Of a stretch of 64,000 bases of DNA, positions 30,809-41,795 are shown in pieces. A program made the translations under genes and the position numbers. The DNA is from a candidate division WOR-3 bacterium. GTDB taxonomy: Bacteria > Hydrothermota > 32-111. The notes under the pieces were generated by a model. It was not told the DNA's origin and searched no databases. It was given only the letters and a program-made list of their open reading frames with translations. How positions within the stretch are numbered: the first letter of the stretch is position 1; every line of letters starts with the position of its first letter. The stretch covers positions 1-64,000 of the forward strand of contig JBDRZU010000001.1 in NCBI GenBank assembly GCA_039804105.1. The letters run 5' to 3'.

Positions 30809-32113
30809 TTAATTTACTAAACCAAAAATGAATCCTGCGATAGTAGAAAGTATTATAACATAACTAACATAAAAAACTGTTTTCTTTGTTCCAATTATGC
30901 TTCTTATGACAAGCATATTTGGTAATGAAAGTGCAGGTCCCGCTAAGAGTAAAGATAATGCTGGGCCTTTTCCCATGCCAGCATTCATCAGACCTTGAAT
31001 TATTGGGACTTCTGTTAAAGTAGCAAAATACATGAAAGCTCCGACTATCGAAGCGAAGAGGTTTGACAAAATAGAATTCCCACCTACAAATCTTGAAATC
31101 CATGTTTGGGGTATTATTCCAAGTTTTCCATCAGGTGTTCCAAGTAAAAAACCTGCTATAAGTATACCTGAAAAAAGTAATGGTATTATCTGAAAAGCAA
31201 AATCTTTTGTGGTATCAAGCCAAAATCGAGATTTTTCATTACTTTTGAGTAACAGTATTACAAGGATTATTATACCCGTTACAAAAGTTATAATTGGAGA
31301 TTTAAAGGTTAAATAAAAGATTAAAAGAACAAGAGAAGAAATTAAAAGGTATAATGTTTTTATATTCAAAAGTTTTTTTAAAGAAAATCCTAATATCAAT
31401 GTAAAAATGGAAACCAGCAACCATTTTACTTTAAAAACTGAATACCAGAATCCTGTTGCATTATCTGTTTTTGCCCAATTTGAAAAAACAAGTATTCCAA
31501 TCATAGCAAAAAAATAGATTAAATTTAAAATAAAGTAATTTCTTTCATTTTCATTATCATTTTCATTCTCATTTAAAAATCCATTTTCGTCAGTTAACTC
31601 TTTTTTTTCTCTAAAAGTTAAAGCCATCATTATACCTATTATTATAGAAAGAAAGATTGAAAAAATTGCCCTAAAAAGTCCAATCTGAAAACCGAGAACC
31701 TTGGCTGTTAAAATTATCGCAAGAACATTTATTGCAGGTCCAGAATATAAGAAAGCTATAGCTGGTCCCAACCCTGCTCCTTTTTTATATATACCTGCGA
31801 ATAGTGGTAGTACAGTACATGAACAAACTGCAAGTATCGTTCCAGAAACTGAAGCAATAAGGTATGCAATGATTTGATTCGCTTTACTTCCAAGATATTT
31901 TAGAACAGTATCCGATGATATGAAAACACCCATAGCACCTGCTATAAAAAATGCTGGGATAAGGCATAAAATCACATGTTTTTGAGCATAATCCTGTAAA
32001 AGAAAAAAAGAGGATAATATGGCATCTTGAATAGTTTTTGAGTTGATTGGAATAAAATACGCGGTTAGAAAAACACCTAAGATCCAAATAAGTTTTTTTA
32101 GATCATCATTCAT
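30809..32113 (-). CDS. ArsP/DUF318-family permease
   Basis: HVILCLIPAFFIAG, LAVCSCTVLPLF, FLYSGPAIN, MYFATLTEVPI, LLAGPALSLP. Confidence 0.92.
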   Translation of the reverse strand: MNDDLKKLIWILGVFLTAYFIPINSKTIQDAILSSFFLLQDYAQKHVILCLIPAFFIAGAMGVFISSDTVLKYLGSKANQIIAYLIASVSGTILAVCSCTVLPLFAGIYKKGAGLGPAIAFLYSGPAINVLAIILTAKVLGFQIGLFRAIFSIFLSIIIGIMMALTFREKKELTDENGFLNENENDNENERNYFILNLIYFFAMIGILVFSNWAKTDNATGFWYSVFKVKWLLVSIFTLILGFSLKKLLNIKTLYLLISSLVLLIFYLTFKSPIITFVTGIIILVILLLKSNEKSRFWLDTTKDFAFQIIPLLFSGILIAGFLLGTPDGKLGIIPQTWISRFVGGNSILSNLFASIVGAFMYFATLTEVPIIQGLMNAGMGKGPALSLLLAGPALSLPNMLVIRSIIGTKKTVFYVSYVIILSTIAGFIFGLVN

Positions 32114-32829
32114 TTTATAACTCCTTTTACAGTTCTTGCAAAATAATATAAGAATAAAAATAACATTGTTATTCCTATTATTTTTCTAAAAAATTGGATG
32201 GTTCTATTTTTAGAAGCAAAATCAATATATTTTGAAAGTAACTCTGTAAAACCACCACTCAAAATTATGAAAAATATATGACCTAAACCGAATGATAAAA
32301 GAATAAATAAAGATTTTAAAATATTATTCGAACTTTTAAAAACTATAATAAAGATGGGAGCAAAAAAAGCAAAAGTACAAGGCCCTATGCCAGTTCCAAA
32401 AAGTAATCCTATTAAGAAACTTACAACTTTTAAATTTTTTACTTTAAATATTTTATCGAATTTAATATTAAAAAAATCAAAATTCAAAATGTTGAAGAAA
32501 TATAGTGTTAGTAACAAAAAAATTAAGGAAATAATTATATTGTTAAAAATTCCTAAATCCCCAGCGATCCTTCCAAGTAGCAATGAAAGAGTTCCAACGA
32601 GTATTAGAGAGATTAAAATACCAATGGAAAATATAGATGATATTACCAAACCGTTAATTTTTGTGTTTTTCTTTGATTGAATTATGTATCCGATTAACAA
32701 AGGTATACTTGAAAGATGACAGGGACTCAGCATCAAACTCAAAATACCCCATAAGAAACTTCCGATGATCGAAAAGATGAAAGAAGAATAAAGAAGTTTG
32801 TAGACAAAGTTGAATATATCCGCTATCAT
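32110..32829 (-). CDS. CcdA/DsbD transmembrane disulfide electron transporter
   Basis: LSPCHLSSIP and GPCT paired PC motifs, about 6 TMs. Confidence 0.88.
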   Translation of the reverse strand: MIADIFNFVYKLLYSSFIFSIIGSFLWGILSLMLSPCHLSSIPLLIGYIIQSKKNTKINGLVISSIFSIGILISLILVGTLSLLLGRIAGDLGIFNNIIISLIFLLLTLYFFNILNFDFFNIKFDKIFKVKNLKVVSFLIGLLFGTGIGPCTFAFFAPIFIIVFKSSNNILKSLFILLSFGLGHIFFIILSGGFTELLSKYIDFASKNRTIQFFRKIIGITMLFLFLYYFARTVKGVIK

Positions 32830-33233
32830 TTTTTAACACCTTTACTTTTTAAAAACTCAAATATCTCGTCTTTTGGGAAGAAACCTTGATGTTTAAAAAT
32901 AATCTCTCCTTTGTTATCGATAAAAATTTGGGTTGGAATGACTCTAACAGAATATTTTTGTGCATATTTAAGATTTTCTCTATTATTTAGATCATAAAAA
33001 ACCACCTGAACATCGTTCGGGAAGGAATCCTTTATTTCCTTCATTATGGGTTGCATCATCTGACAGGGGATACAAGTTGTTGATCCTATCTCTATAAATG
33101 TTATTTTGTAATTGCCAAAGCTCAATTTTTCAGGAACACTTTCAGTTGAAGACCTTACATTCTCATTCGGTGTGCAGGAAAAAAATGAAATTATTATTAT
33201 GAAAGAAATAAAATTAATGATTAAACTCTTCAT
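32826..33233 (-). CDS. Thioredoxin-family lipoprotein
   Basis: Lipobox-like FFSC, CIPC active site, VIPTQIF; AGGAG SD favours ATG at 33233. Confidence 0.88.
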   Translation of the reverse strand: MKSLIINFISFIIIISFFSCTPNENVRSSTESVPEKLSFGNYKITFIEIGSTTCIPCQMMQPIMKEIKDSFPNDVQVVFYDLNNRENLKYAQKYSVRVIPTQIFIDNKGEIIFKHQGFFPKDEIFEFLKSKGVKK

Positions 33234-33621
33234 CAACTATCTCCTGAATTTTACTTTTAATAAATTCTCTCATTTCTCGAATTTTTTCAATCGGATGGTT
33301 TTTTATATCTTCTAGTTCCCAGTTTAAACTTTTTTTTGAAGGAAATATTGGGCAGACCTCTTTACAACCCATTGTCACAAGGTAATCAAACTCAATGTCA
33401 GGGAGATCAAAAAAACCTTTTGGTTTAAGATCTGTAGTATCAATACCGATTTCCTCAAGTACGATTTTTGCATTAAGATTTATCTTTTCAACAGGTCTCG
33501 ATCCAGCAGAGTAAGCTTCAATATAATCAGAAAAAAATTTTTTTGCAACACCTTCGGCTATCTGACTTCTAAAACTATTTTCTACACAAGCAAATAGGAC
33601 TTTTAGTTTTTCTTTTTTCAT
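33214..33621 (-). CDS. arsC: Arsenate reductase, LMW-PTPase (thioredoxin-coupled) family
   Basis: CVENSFRSQIAE (CX5R), SAGS, TMGCKEVCP. Confidence 0.88.
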   Translation of the reverse strand: MKKEKLKVLFACVENSFRSQIAEGVAKKFFSDYIEAYSAGSRPVEKINLNAKIVLEEIGIDTTDLKPKGFFDLPDIEFDYLVTMGCKEVCPIFPSKKSLNWELEDIKNHPIEKIREMREFIKSKIQEIVDEEFNH

Positions 33622-33895
33622 ATGACTCCCTTTCTAACATATTTAGGATCAATTTGTTTGTTTTATCTTTTGTATTTATATTGTAAAAAACTTTTTGTGC
33701 TACCTTTTCATATTTTAATATACCACTTTCGGTTAAAATTCTTAAATGTCTTGATATTCTCGGTTGAGACATTTTTAGAAGTTCGGACAATTCGCAAACA
33801 CACATTTCTTTATCTATCAACAACATCACTATCTCTAACCTTGTTTTATCTGAAAGTGCTTTCATTTTTTTTAAGATCTCGTTGTTTTTTTTCAT
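33575..33895 (-). CDS. arsR: ArsR/SmtB-family transcriptional repressor
   Basis: KALSDKTRLEI, EMCVCEL, SQPRISRHL. Confidence 0.92.
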   Translation of the reverse strand: MKKNNEILKKMKALSDKTRLEIVMLLIDKEMCVCELSELLKMSQPRISRHLRILTESGILKYEKVAQKVFYNINTKDKTNKLILNMLERESYEKRKTKSPICLCRK

Positions 33896-33939
33896 CGATA
33901 TACCTCCACTCTCGATAGCCTATGTTTATAAGTTTTTCC

Positions 33940-33963
33940 TTATATAAAAAAAACTTTATATAA
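33940..33963. promoter_or_regulatory. Inverted repeat, candidate ArsR operator
   Basis: TTATATAAA-N6-TTTATATAA just downstream of the predicted arsR promoter. Confidence 0.5.
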
Positions 33964-33974
33964 ACTTTTGTTTA

Positions 33975-34002
33975 AATATAATCCAAAAAATAATCCTGTC
34001 AA
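33975..34002 (-). promoter_or_regulatory. sigma70-type promoter of the ars operon
   Basis: TTGACA-N16-TATATT on minus strand. Confidence 0.6.
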
Positions 34003-34017
34003 GATATTTTTTGTTTG

Positions 34018-34046
34018 TTGACTGAAAACTTTTTATTTTTTATAAT
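34018..34046 (+). promoter_or_regulatory. sigma70-type promoter, leaderless geometry
   Basis: TTGACT-N17-TATAAT, 6 nt before ATG 34053, no SD. Confidence 0.75.
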
Positions 34047-34052
34047 TTATCT

Positions 34053-35651
34053 ATGAAAAGATTAACTTTCATTCTGTTGTTGGTACTTTTTTTTATTATA
34101 CCTTTTCTTTTGATATTTCAGTACGATATATATTCATACCATGTATGGACATACAACTCCCTAAAATTTGGACTCGATGAAATTTATAACAGAAACAACT
34201 ATTTTGACAGGTTCTGTGATTATCTTCCGTTTGGTTCTTATATAGCGATTTTTCAAGGAAAGATTATCTCTTTGTTTATACCTTTGAAACTTCTGTCGGT
34301 TCCATATTTGAATTTTTATAAAATTTTCCCTCTCCTTGTACTTTTTTCTCTCTTTATTTTTCTTTATAAAGAAAAAATACCTTTATTCAAGATTGTACTT
34401 TTGATCATTCCATTCTATATTTCTATCGTCTCAAATGGTCAATTTGATATAGTTATTCTGTTTTTGATTTTTGTTTCTATCTTTCTCTTTGAAAAAAAAG
34501 ATTTTGTTTGTGGAACTTTTATATTAACTTTACTTTTTTTCAGTAAACAAACTGCACCCTTTTTTGTGTTGCTTATATTTCTTCATTATTTGAAAGAAAA
34601 TTTTAATAAAGTTTTTTTCTTTAAAACCCTTTTAACATTTTTGGGAACAACATTTTTAATGTTTTTTCCATTTATTATTACAGGAAAGCTTTTTGCAACT
34701 TTGAGGTTGATATATGAAAATTCAACATACATGTTGCCATTTTCAGGTTATTCCTTTAACCTTCTTTCAATTCTTTCCTACAATCATAACCTGGATCCAA
34801 CGAAAAACTATTTTAACCTATCTTTAACTTCGTATTCCTTACTTTTAATGATTACAGGGTTAACCATTATAGGACTTTTTGTAACGGGAAATGTTTTTAA
34901 AAAATTATCTTTATTCTCTTTAATCTGGTTCAATCTACTTGTAGGATTGCGAGAGAACCACATACTTTATCCATTATTCTTTTTGTTTTTTTCGATTGAT
35001 GGAAAAAGCAAAGGATTTAAACTTTTATTTTTACTGTTCTACTTTATGTCTATATTCAATATAATTTTTTTCTTTTTTAATTTTCTTAGTAAAACCATTT
35101 TTTTAATTTTTTCATTTATATCAGTTTTTTCATCATTTATACTTTTTGTTTTGATATTCAGAAAAAATTCCCAACATTTATCAATCACACGTATAAATTT
35201 TTTGAAAGATTTTTCATTTATTTTCGTATCGTTTATTTTTCTTGTTGTGTTTATGCCTTTAAAAAATTATGATAGAACGGAAAAAAATTTTTTTGAACAC
35301 GTGATAAAGTCAAACGATATTGTTGAATTTTCTAAGGATAGGTTCATAGATCTTAATGTTAAAACTTATTCCCCATTTTCACATTTTCTATCTTTAAGGA
35401 TGTCGGATCTTTCTTACATAAAATTTAAAAACTTTAACTCAAAATACAAAAATTTGAAGATCTTTCTTGATGTTGAAGGGAATGATTTCGCTGAATTGAT
35501 AATAAATGATTCTTTAAAAATAATAGTTAAAAAGGGTAAAAATCAGTTTGTAAAATTTAATGATATATTGATTTTAAATGATACAATATTTTTAAAATCA
35601 AAAACATTTAGAAAAAGAGCAAATCTTTTAATCTATAATGTGACATTTTAA
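34053..35651 (+). CDS. Polytopic membrane protein, probable GT-C glycosyltransferase (GT87/mannosyltransferase-like)
   Basis: YDIYSY..W, CDYLP, NGQFD, SKQ, RENHILYP motifs; many TMs. Confidence 0.6.
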   Translation: MKRLTFILLLVLFFIIPFLLIFQYDIYSYHVWTYNSLKFGLDEIYNRNNYFDRFCDYLPFGSYIAIFQGKIISLFIPLKLLSVPYLNFYKIFPLLVLFSLFIFLYKEKIPLFKIVLLIIPFYISIVSNGQFDIVILFLIFVSIFLFEKKDFVCGTFILTLLFFSKQTAPFFVLLIFLHYLKENFNKVFFFKTLLTFLGTTFLMFFPFIITGKLFATLRLIYENSTYMLPFSGYSFNLLSILSYNHNLDPTKNYFNLSLTSYSLLLMITGLTIIGLFVTGNVFKKLSLFSLIWFNLLVGLRENHILYPLFFLFFSIDGKSKGFKLLFLLFYFMSIFNIIFFFFNFLSKTIFLIFSFISVFSSFILFVLIFRKNSQHLSITRINFLKDFSFIFVSFIFLVVFMPLKNYDRTEKNFFEHVIKSNDIVEFSKDRFIDLNVKTYSPFSHFLSLRMSDLSYIKFKNFNSKYKNLKIFLDVEGNDFAELIINDSLKIIVKKGKNQFVKFNDILILNDTIFLKSKTFRKRANLLIYNVTF

Positions 35652-35654
35652 TTC

Positions 35655-35683
35655 TTGATTATTTAAAGAATCTCAATTATAAT
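35655..35683 (+). promoter_or_regulatory. sigma70-type promoter of hutHUI
   Basis: TTGATT-N17-TATAAT followed by AAGGAG SD. Confidence 0.65.
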
Positions 35684-35710
35684 AAAAATCTAAATAAAAA
35701 AAGGAGAAAA

Positions 35711-37231
35711 ATGGTTTTACTTGATGGTTTCAATCTTGATCTTTTTAAATTCAAAAAAATCGTTTTTGATCTTGAAGAGGTAAAAATATCAGATTCCGCT
35801 TTAGAAAGAGTCAAAGAGTCGTACGACATCATTGAAGGAATTGTGAAAGAGAATAAAAGGGTTTATGGAGTAACAACCGGATTTGGAAAACTTGTTGATG
35901 TAACGATCCCTAAAGATAAAATTGAAGTTTTACAGGAAAATATTTTAAGATCACATTCGGTGGGAGTGGGAGAACCGTTTTCATTTTTTGAAGTCAGAGG
36001 AGCGATCCTTTTGAGAATTAATACTATTATTAGAGGAAACAGTGGAGTTTCACTTGAAACTTTAAATGGGTTGATACAGATTTTAAACAAAAGGATATAT
36101 CCCTATGTTCCTCAAAAAGGTTCTGTTGGAGCAAGTGGTGATCTTGCGCCTTTGGCACATATAGCACTGGTTCTGATAGGTGAAGGTGAATGTATTGAAA
36201 ATGGTAAAAGGGTGAAGAGTATAAAAGTTTTAAATAAAAATAAAATTAAACCTGTTAAATTGAAACCAAAAGAAGGACTCGCCTTAATAAATGGAACTCA
36301 GATGATGACATCAATTGCAGGATATTCTCTTGTGAAAGGTGAAATACTTTTGAAACTTTCAGATATTGTAGCAGCGGCATCGGCAGATGCTTTGCTTTCA
36401 ACTGATGTTCCATTTGAAAAGAGAATTTCAAATATTAGAAACCATCAAGGGCAAATTGATAGTGCTTACAACATTTACAATCTTTTGAAGGGATCAAAGA
36501 TAAGAAAATCTCACAAGAACTGCTCAAAGGTTCAGGATCCATATTCGATCAGGTGTATACCACAGGTTCATGGTGCCGCAAGAGAAGTTTTTTATTTTGC
36601 GAAAGGTGTAATAGAAAAGGAGTTCAACTCTTCAACGGATAACCCTCTCGTATTTACAAAAGAAAAAGAGGTAGTTTCGGGTGGTAATTTCCATGGTCAG
36701 ATAATCGCAACAGTTTTAGATTCGTTGAAAATAGGTTTATGTGAACTTGGTAACATTTCCGATAGAAGATTGTATAGATTACTTGATCCTATACAAACTG
36801 GACTTTATCCCTTTTTAATAAAAGATGTTGGCATCAACAGTGGTTTTATGATGCTACAGGTCACAACGGCGTCACTTGTATCAGAGAACAAAGTCATTGC
36901 TCATCCTGCAAGTGTTGATTCTATACCAACCTCACTTGGACAGGAAGACCATGTTTCAATGGGAACGATTTCAGCAAGAAAACTTAAAGATGTAATTGAA
37001 AATAATTTTTATATACTTTCTATAGAACTTTTTGCTGCGATGACAGCTTTGTATTTAAGAAAACCCCTTACAAGTTCAAAACCTTTGAATGAACTGATGA
37101 ATTGGTTCTTTGAAAATATAAAACCTATAAACGATGATAGAGCTTTCTATCTTGATGTTGAAAAGATTTTTGAGATGACATATTCTGGTAAAGTTGTTGA
37201 AAAGGTTGAAAATTATTTAAAATTAAAATAG
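35711..37231 (+). CDS. hutH: Histidine ammonia-lyase
   Basis: [12 protein letters not shown] motif [36 protein letters not shown]. Confidence 0.97.
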   Translation: MVLLDGFNLDLFKFKKIVFDLEEVKISDSALERVKESYDIIEGIVKENKRVYGVTTGFGKLVDVTIPKDKIEVLQENILRSHSVGVGEPFSFFEVRGAILLRINTIIRGNSGVSLETLNGLIQILNKRIYPYVPQKGSVGASGDLAPLAHIALVLIGEGECIENGKRVKSIKVLNKNKIKPVKLKPKEGLALINGTQMMTSIAGYSLVKGEILLKLSDIVAAASADALLSTDVPFEKRISNIRNHQGQIDSAYNIYNLLKGSKIRKSHKNCSKVQDPYSIRCIPQVHGAAREVFYFAKGVIEKEFNSSTDNPLVFTKEKEVVSGGNFHGQIIATVLDSLKIGLCELGNISDRRLYRLLDPIQTGLYPFLIKDVGINSGFMMLQVTTASLVSENKVIAHPASVDSIPTSLGQEDHVSMGTISARKLKDVIENNFYILSIELFAAMTALYLRKPLTSSKPLNELMNWFFENIKPINDDRAFYLDVEKIFEMTYSGKVVEKVENYLKLK

Positions 37232-37239
37232 GAGTTTTT

Positions 37240-38898
37240 ATGAGAGAATATAAACCTATACATGCCCCAAGAGGAACAAAACTTTCTTGTAAATCCTGGC
37301 AACTTGAGGCACCGATGAGAATGCTTATGAACAATCTTGATCCGGATGTTGCAAAAGATCCTGAAAATCTAATAGTTTATGGTGGAAGGGGAAAAGCGGC
37401 AAGAAACTGGGAATCATATTATAAAATTATTGAGACATTACAGAATATGGATAACGATGAAACATTGATAATGCAATCAGGAAAACCTGTTGCTGTTTTC
37501 AAAACACATGAATGGGCACCAAGAGTTTTGATAACAAACTCTTTACTCGTTCCGAAATGGGCAACACTCGAAGAATTTTTAAGATTGGAATCGATGGGAC
37601 TCACATGTTATGGGCAAATGACTGCTGGTTCATGGATCTATATTGGAACTCAGGGGATACTCCAGGGTACTTATGAAACATTTTATGCTATAGCAAAAAA
37701 ACTTTACGGTGGGACATTAAAAGGGAAATGGGTTTTAACAGCAGGACTTGGAGAAATGGGAGGTGCACAACCACTTGCTGCTGTTATGAACGATGGAGTT
37801 GTTATAGTTGTTGAAGTTGATGAATCACACATAGATCGAAAAATAGCCCAAAGATATTGTGATGTCAAAGCGAAATCGCTTGATGAAGCATTAAAGATGA
37901 AAGATCAAGCACTCAAAGAGAAAAAACCACTTTCGATTGGACTTTTAGGTAATATTGCTGATATTTTACCTGAACTTGTTAAAAGGGAAATATATCCTGA
38001 TGTTTTAACTGATCAAACAGCAGCACACGATCCTTTGTATGGTTATATTCCATCAGGTTATTCTGTTGAAGAAGCTGCTGTTCTTAGAGAAAAGGATAGA
38101 AATGAATATTTGAAAAAAGTTTATGATTCGATAGCAAAACATGTGGAAGCGATGTTAAAAATGCAGGAAAAGGGAGTTAATGTTTTTGAATATGGAAACA
38201 ATTTGAGACAGAGAGCTTTTGATAACGGAGTGAAGGATGCTTTCAAAATAGTTGGTTATATGCCTGCTTATATAAGAGATCTTTTCTCAGAAGGTAGTGG
38301 TCCTTTTAGATGGGTAGCGTTGACAGGTGATGAAAAGGATATTTTTGAAACTGATAAAGCATTACTTGAAACTTTCCCTGAAGATGAACATTTAAGAAAA
38401 TGGATTGAGATGGCAGAAAAACTTGTGAGATTTCAGGGACTACCTGCAAGGATCTGCTGGTTAAAACAAGGGGAACGAGCTAAATTTGGTCTTGTGATAA
38501 ACGATATGGTCAAAAAAGGAAGATTATCTGGTCCCGTTGTTATCGGAAGAGATCATCATGATACAGGTGGTGCAGCATCACCAAATCGAGAAACGGAGGC
38601 GATGAAGGATGGTTCAGATGCTATTGCTGATTGGCCAGTTTTAAACGCTATGCTGAATGTTGCATCTGGAGCAACCTGGGTTTCTTTGCATCATGGTGGT
38701 GGTGTTGGAATAGGTTATTCGATTCATGCTGGACAGGTTATACTTGCTGATGGAACAGAAATTCAGGCAAAAAAGATTGAAAGGGTTTTAACAAACGATC
38801 CTGGACTTGGGGTTGTAAGACATGCTGATGCAGGTTATCAGATAGCTATAGATACGGCAAAAAAAGAAAAAATAAAAATGCCAATGCTTGAAAAATAG
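37240..38898 (+). CDS. hutU: Urocanate hydratase
   Basis: [39 protein letters not shown]. Confidence 0.98.
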   Translation: MREYKPIHAPRGTKLSCKSWQLEAPMRMLMNNLDPDVAKDPENLIVYGGRGKAARNWESYYKIIETLQNMDNDETLIMQSGKPVAVFKTHEWAPRVLITNSLLVPKWATLEEFLRLESMGLTCYGQMTAGSWIYIGTQGILQGTYETFYAIAKKLYGGTLKGKWVLTAGLGEMGGAQPLAAVMNDGVVIVVEVDESHIDRKIAQRYCDVKAKSLDEALKMKDQALKEKKPLSIGLLGNIADILPELVKREIYPDVLTDQTAAHDPLYGYIPSGYSVEEAAVLREKDRNEYLKKVYDSIAKHVEAMLKMQEKGVNVFEYGNNLRQRAFDNGVKDAFKIVGYMPAYIRDLFSEGSGPFRWVALTGDEKDIFETDKALLETFPEDEHLRKWIEMAEKLVRFQGLPARICWLKQGERAKFGLVINDMVKKGRLSGPVVIGRDHHDTGGAASPNRETEAMKDGSDAIADWPVLNAMLNVASGATWVSLHHGGGVGIGYSIHAGQVILADGTEIQAKKIERVLTNDPGLGVVRHADAGYQIAIDTAKKEKIKMPMLEK

Positions 38899-38901
38899 AT
38901 T

Positions 38902-40134
38902 ATGAAAATGATTTTAAAAAACATTAAACAGATTGTTTCATGTGATGATAAAAAGGGTTTTGTTACGCTGGATGATATCGATTCACCTTTATCTTCAGCA
39001 AATACTATAGTGATAGAGGAAGGAAAAATAAAAAGGATTGGAAAAGATCTTGAAGAAACAGCAGATAAAACAATAGATTGCTCTTTATATATTGTGACTC
39101 CCGGTTTTGTTGAATCACATACACATCTTGTTTTTTCTGGTTCAAGATCTGATGAGTTTTTGATGAGAGCACAGGGGGTTCCTTATAAAGAGATTGCAAA
39201 AAATGGTGGTGGGATAAGAAAAAGTGTAAGGTTCACAAGAGAAGTCAGTTTCGAAAAACTTTTTGAGGAATCAAAAGAACGATTAAAAAAATTTTTAAAG
39301 AAGGGAGTAACGTCGATTGAAATAAAATCTGGATATGGACTTGACAGGGATACAGAGTTAAAACAGTTAAGGGTGATCAAAGAGTTAAAAAAATCTTTTC
39401 CTATGGAGATTAGATCAACATTTTTGGGAGCACATGAGATACCTGATGAGTTTAAAGATAGAAGAGAATACTATATTAAATTTTTAAAAGAAGAGATGAT
39501 CCCTTATGTGGCACAGGAAGGACTTGCTGATTTTATAGATGTTTTCTGTGAAAAGGGAGTTTTTACAAAAGACGAGGCAATTGAAATCCTTGAAAAGGGA
39601 ATCGAATATGGACTAAAAGCAAGAGTTCATGCTGATGAGATAGAGAACTCCGGTGGTTCTTTTGTCGCAAGAGAGGTGAAAGCAAAATCAGTGGATCATT
39701 TCAACTATCCAGACGAAAATGATCTTAAGTATCTTAAAGAAAACAACACTGTTATAACACTTCTGCCTGCTACAAATTTCTTTTTAAAATTAAAAGGTAG
39801 ACCACCAATCGAAAAGATGAGAGAAGTTGGGAATATCGTTGCTATATCAACGGACTTCAATCCCGGGTCTTCTCCATGTTATTCGATGCTTTTTTCAGCA
39901 ACGATCGGTATGATAAATTATGGTTTAACATATGAAGAACTTATTTATGGAATAACTTTGAACCCAGCTTTTTCACTTGATCTAAAAAATAAAGGTTCTA
40001 TTCAAGAGGGTCAGGATGCGGATATTTTGCTGTTTAAAAGAGATGATTACAAAGAACTTTTCTATTTCACTGGAGATGATCAACCTGATCTTGTCATTTT
40101 AAAAGGGGAGATATTGGATTTTGGAAAAATTTAA
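38902..40134 (+). CDS. hutI: Imidazolonepropionase
   Basis: HTHLVF, EIKSGYGL, TFLGAH, DVFCE, HADE, TDFNPGSSP. Confidence 0.96.
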   Translation: MKMILKNIKQIVSCDDKKGFVTLDDIDSPLSSANTIVIEEGKIKRIGKDLEETADKTIDCSLYIVTPGFVESHTHLVFSGSRSDEFLMRAQGVPYKEIAKNGGGIRKSVRFTREVSFEKLFEESKERLKKFLKKGVTSIEIKSGYGLDRDTELKQLRVIKELKKSFPMEIRSTFLGAHEIPDEFKDRREYYIKFLKEEMIPYVAQEGLADFIDVFCEKGVFTKDEAIEILEKGIEYGLKARVHADEIENSGGSFVAREVKAKSVDHFNYPDENDLKYLKENNTVITLLPATNFFLKLKGRPPIEKMREVGNIVAISTDFNPGSSPCYSMLFSATIGMINYGLTYEELIYGITLNPAFSLDLKNKGSIQEGQDADILLFKRDDYKELFYFTGDDQPDLVILKGEILDFGKI

Positions 40135-40924
40135 AGAACTGATTAATGAAGGCAAAAATATTGAATCATTAACACAAAGAAGTGAATTTTTTATCGATCT
40201 TTTCTCTAAGTTAAAATACAAAGATTATTATGGATCGATTATAGTGCTATACAATCTTTTCGATATTTTTGAGGATAGATTTCAGGTTATTTTTCATCTG
40301 TTCAACCATTTTTTATATTTAAAACTTTATACGGAAGGATTGAATTTTGTGAAATACATGGAAGAGAGAAAGAATGATTTTTTTGCACTATCTTTGAAAT
40401 ATCGATTACCCGACAATTTTTCAGATAAAAGTATTGAAGAGTTAAAAAAAAATTTAAATCTTTTAAGTCAAAAAAAAGATGTTATGAGTTCTTCTTACTA
40501 TGAACTTGCAGTCAGATCTAGAGGTTTGATAGATAGTGATATAAATGATGTTTTTTTCAGAAAAGCGATAGATTGTTCATCAGATGATGCTAAAATCAGA
40601 GTGATTTTAAGATATTCTGATATCCTTTTAAAAGAAGGTAAAGAGCAAAAATCGATAGAGATTTTAACCTCTTATATAAATGAACTTGATAGTGATTTCC
40701 TTCAACTTATGTATAAACTCGCTTCAATATATGAGTTACAAGATGGGAGGAAAGCATTAGAGGTTTACGAAAAAATTTTGAAATATGATCCTGATTTTCT
40801 TGATGTTCAAGAAAAAATAAGTAAATTGACAAATCAAATAAAAGGGTATAATATTAAAAATATTGAAGATAATGTTGATCTACAAAGAGAGGATCGAAAT
40901 GAAAATCATATTCACTTTTTATAA
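40121..40924 (+). CDS. TPR-like protein, apparent degenerate paralogue of the C-terminal part of 41796..43916
   Basis: LMYKLASIYE...ALEVYEKILKYDPDFLDV..KI; ends IHFL; TTG start overlapping hutI. Confidence 0.7.
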   Translation: MEKFKELINEGKNIESLTQRSEFFIDLFSKLKYKDYYGSIIVLYNLFDIFEDRFQVIFHLFNHFLYLKLYTEGLNFVKYMEERKNDFFALSLKYRLPDNFSDKSIEELKKNLNLLSQKKDVMSSSYYELAVRSRGLIDSDINDVFFRKAIDCSSDDAKIRVILRYSDILLKEGKEQKSIEILTSYINELDSDFLQLMYKLASIYELQDGRKALEVYEKILKYDPDFLDVQEKISKLTNQIKGYNIKNIEDNVDLQREDRNENHIHFL

Positions 40925-40934
40925 GTGAGGATTT

Positions 40935-41783
40935 ATGAATTATGAGTCATTCTTTCAAATGTCTTTCGAACCTTTTGCAAATATTCCCGATACGAGATTC
41001 TTTTTTGAAACCAATCAACATAGGATGGCTCTTTTAAGGTTGATGCATGCTGCTGACAAAATGAGAGGTTTTGCTCTTTTGGTTGGAGATGTTGGAACAG
41101 GCAAAACTACAGTAGCAAGAAAACTCCTTGCATATCTTACTAGAAATCCAAAATTTCAAACAGGTCTTATTGTGCTCACACATGAAAATTTTTCTGAAGA
41201 ATGGCTTTTCACAAGGATCGCACAGATAATAGGGTTAAAGGATACGACAAACCTTATGAAGGACCCGATGAACATACTCACAAGACAACTTATAAATCTT
41301 GATAGGGAAGGTAAAAAAACTGTAATCCTTATAGATGAAGCGAACAAACTTTCTGATAGTAGAATAGTTGAACAGATCAGAGGTTTTTTGAACCTTGAAC
41401 TGAACGATCGTAGAATCATAACCTTTATACTCATAGGAGTTCCTGAACTTGAAAGACATATACTTCAGAATGAATCTTTACAACAAAGGATTGCGGCAAG
41501 AACCTATCTGAAATCACTCTCAAGAGAAGAAACTTATGGTTATATAAAATACCGATTATCTGTTGTTGGAGCTAACATCTCATCTATTTTTACACCTGAC
41601 AGTATAGATCTTATTCATTCATATTCAAACGGACGTCCGAGGCTGATAAATACTATTTGTGATAATGCTCTTCTGGAAGCAGCTTTTTTGCAGAGGGTTC
41701 CTGTTGACTCGATGATGATCGAAGAGGTGTCTGAATCACTTGGGCTTAAAAAACAATTTGGAAACTTTAAAAGGGAGCTATAA
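40935..41783 (+). CDS. ExeA/GspA-family AAA+ ATPase (stand-alone), copy 1
   Basis: Y..FF....EPF...PD..FF, GDVGTGKT, LIDEAN, LQQRI, GRPRLINTICDNALL. Confidence 0.9.
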   Translation: MNYESFFQMSFEPFANIPDTRFFFETNQHRMALLRLMHAADKMRGFALLVGDVGTGKTTVARKLLAYLTRNPKFQTGLIVLTHENFSEEWLFTRIAQIIGLKDTTNLMKDPMNILTRQLINLDREGKKTVILIDEANKLSDSRIVEQIRGFLNLELNDRRIITFILIGVPELERHILQNESLQQRIAARTYLKSLSREETYGYIKYRLSVVGANISSIFTPDSIDLIHSYSNGRPRLINTICDNALLEAAFLQRVPVDSMMIEEVSESLGLKKQFGNFKREL

Positions 41784-41795
41784 GAGGTAAAACCT

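Noticed and set aside
30551..33621. Possible selenocysteine (TGA) recoding in redox genes
   Set aside because: Active-site positions are ordinary Cys codons in uninterrupted ORFs
33622..33918. 98-aa plus-strand ORF (and 63596..63952)
   Set aside because: Antisense to arsR and to the receiver-like gene respectively; the latter also runs through the sigma54 promoter
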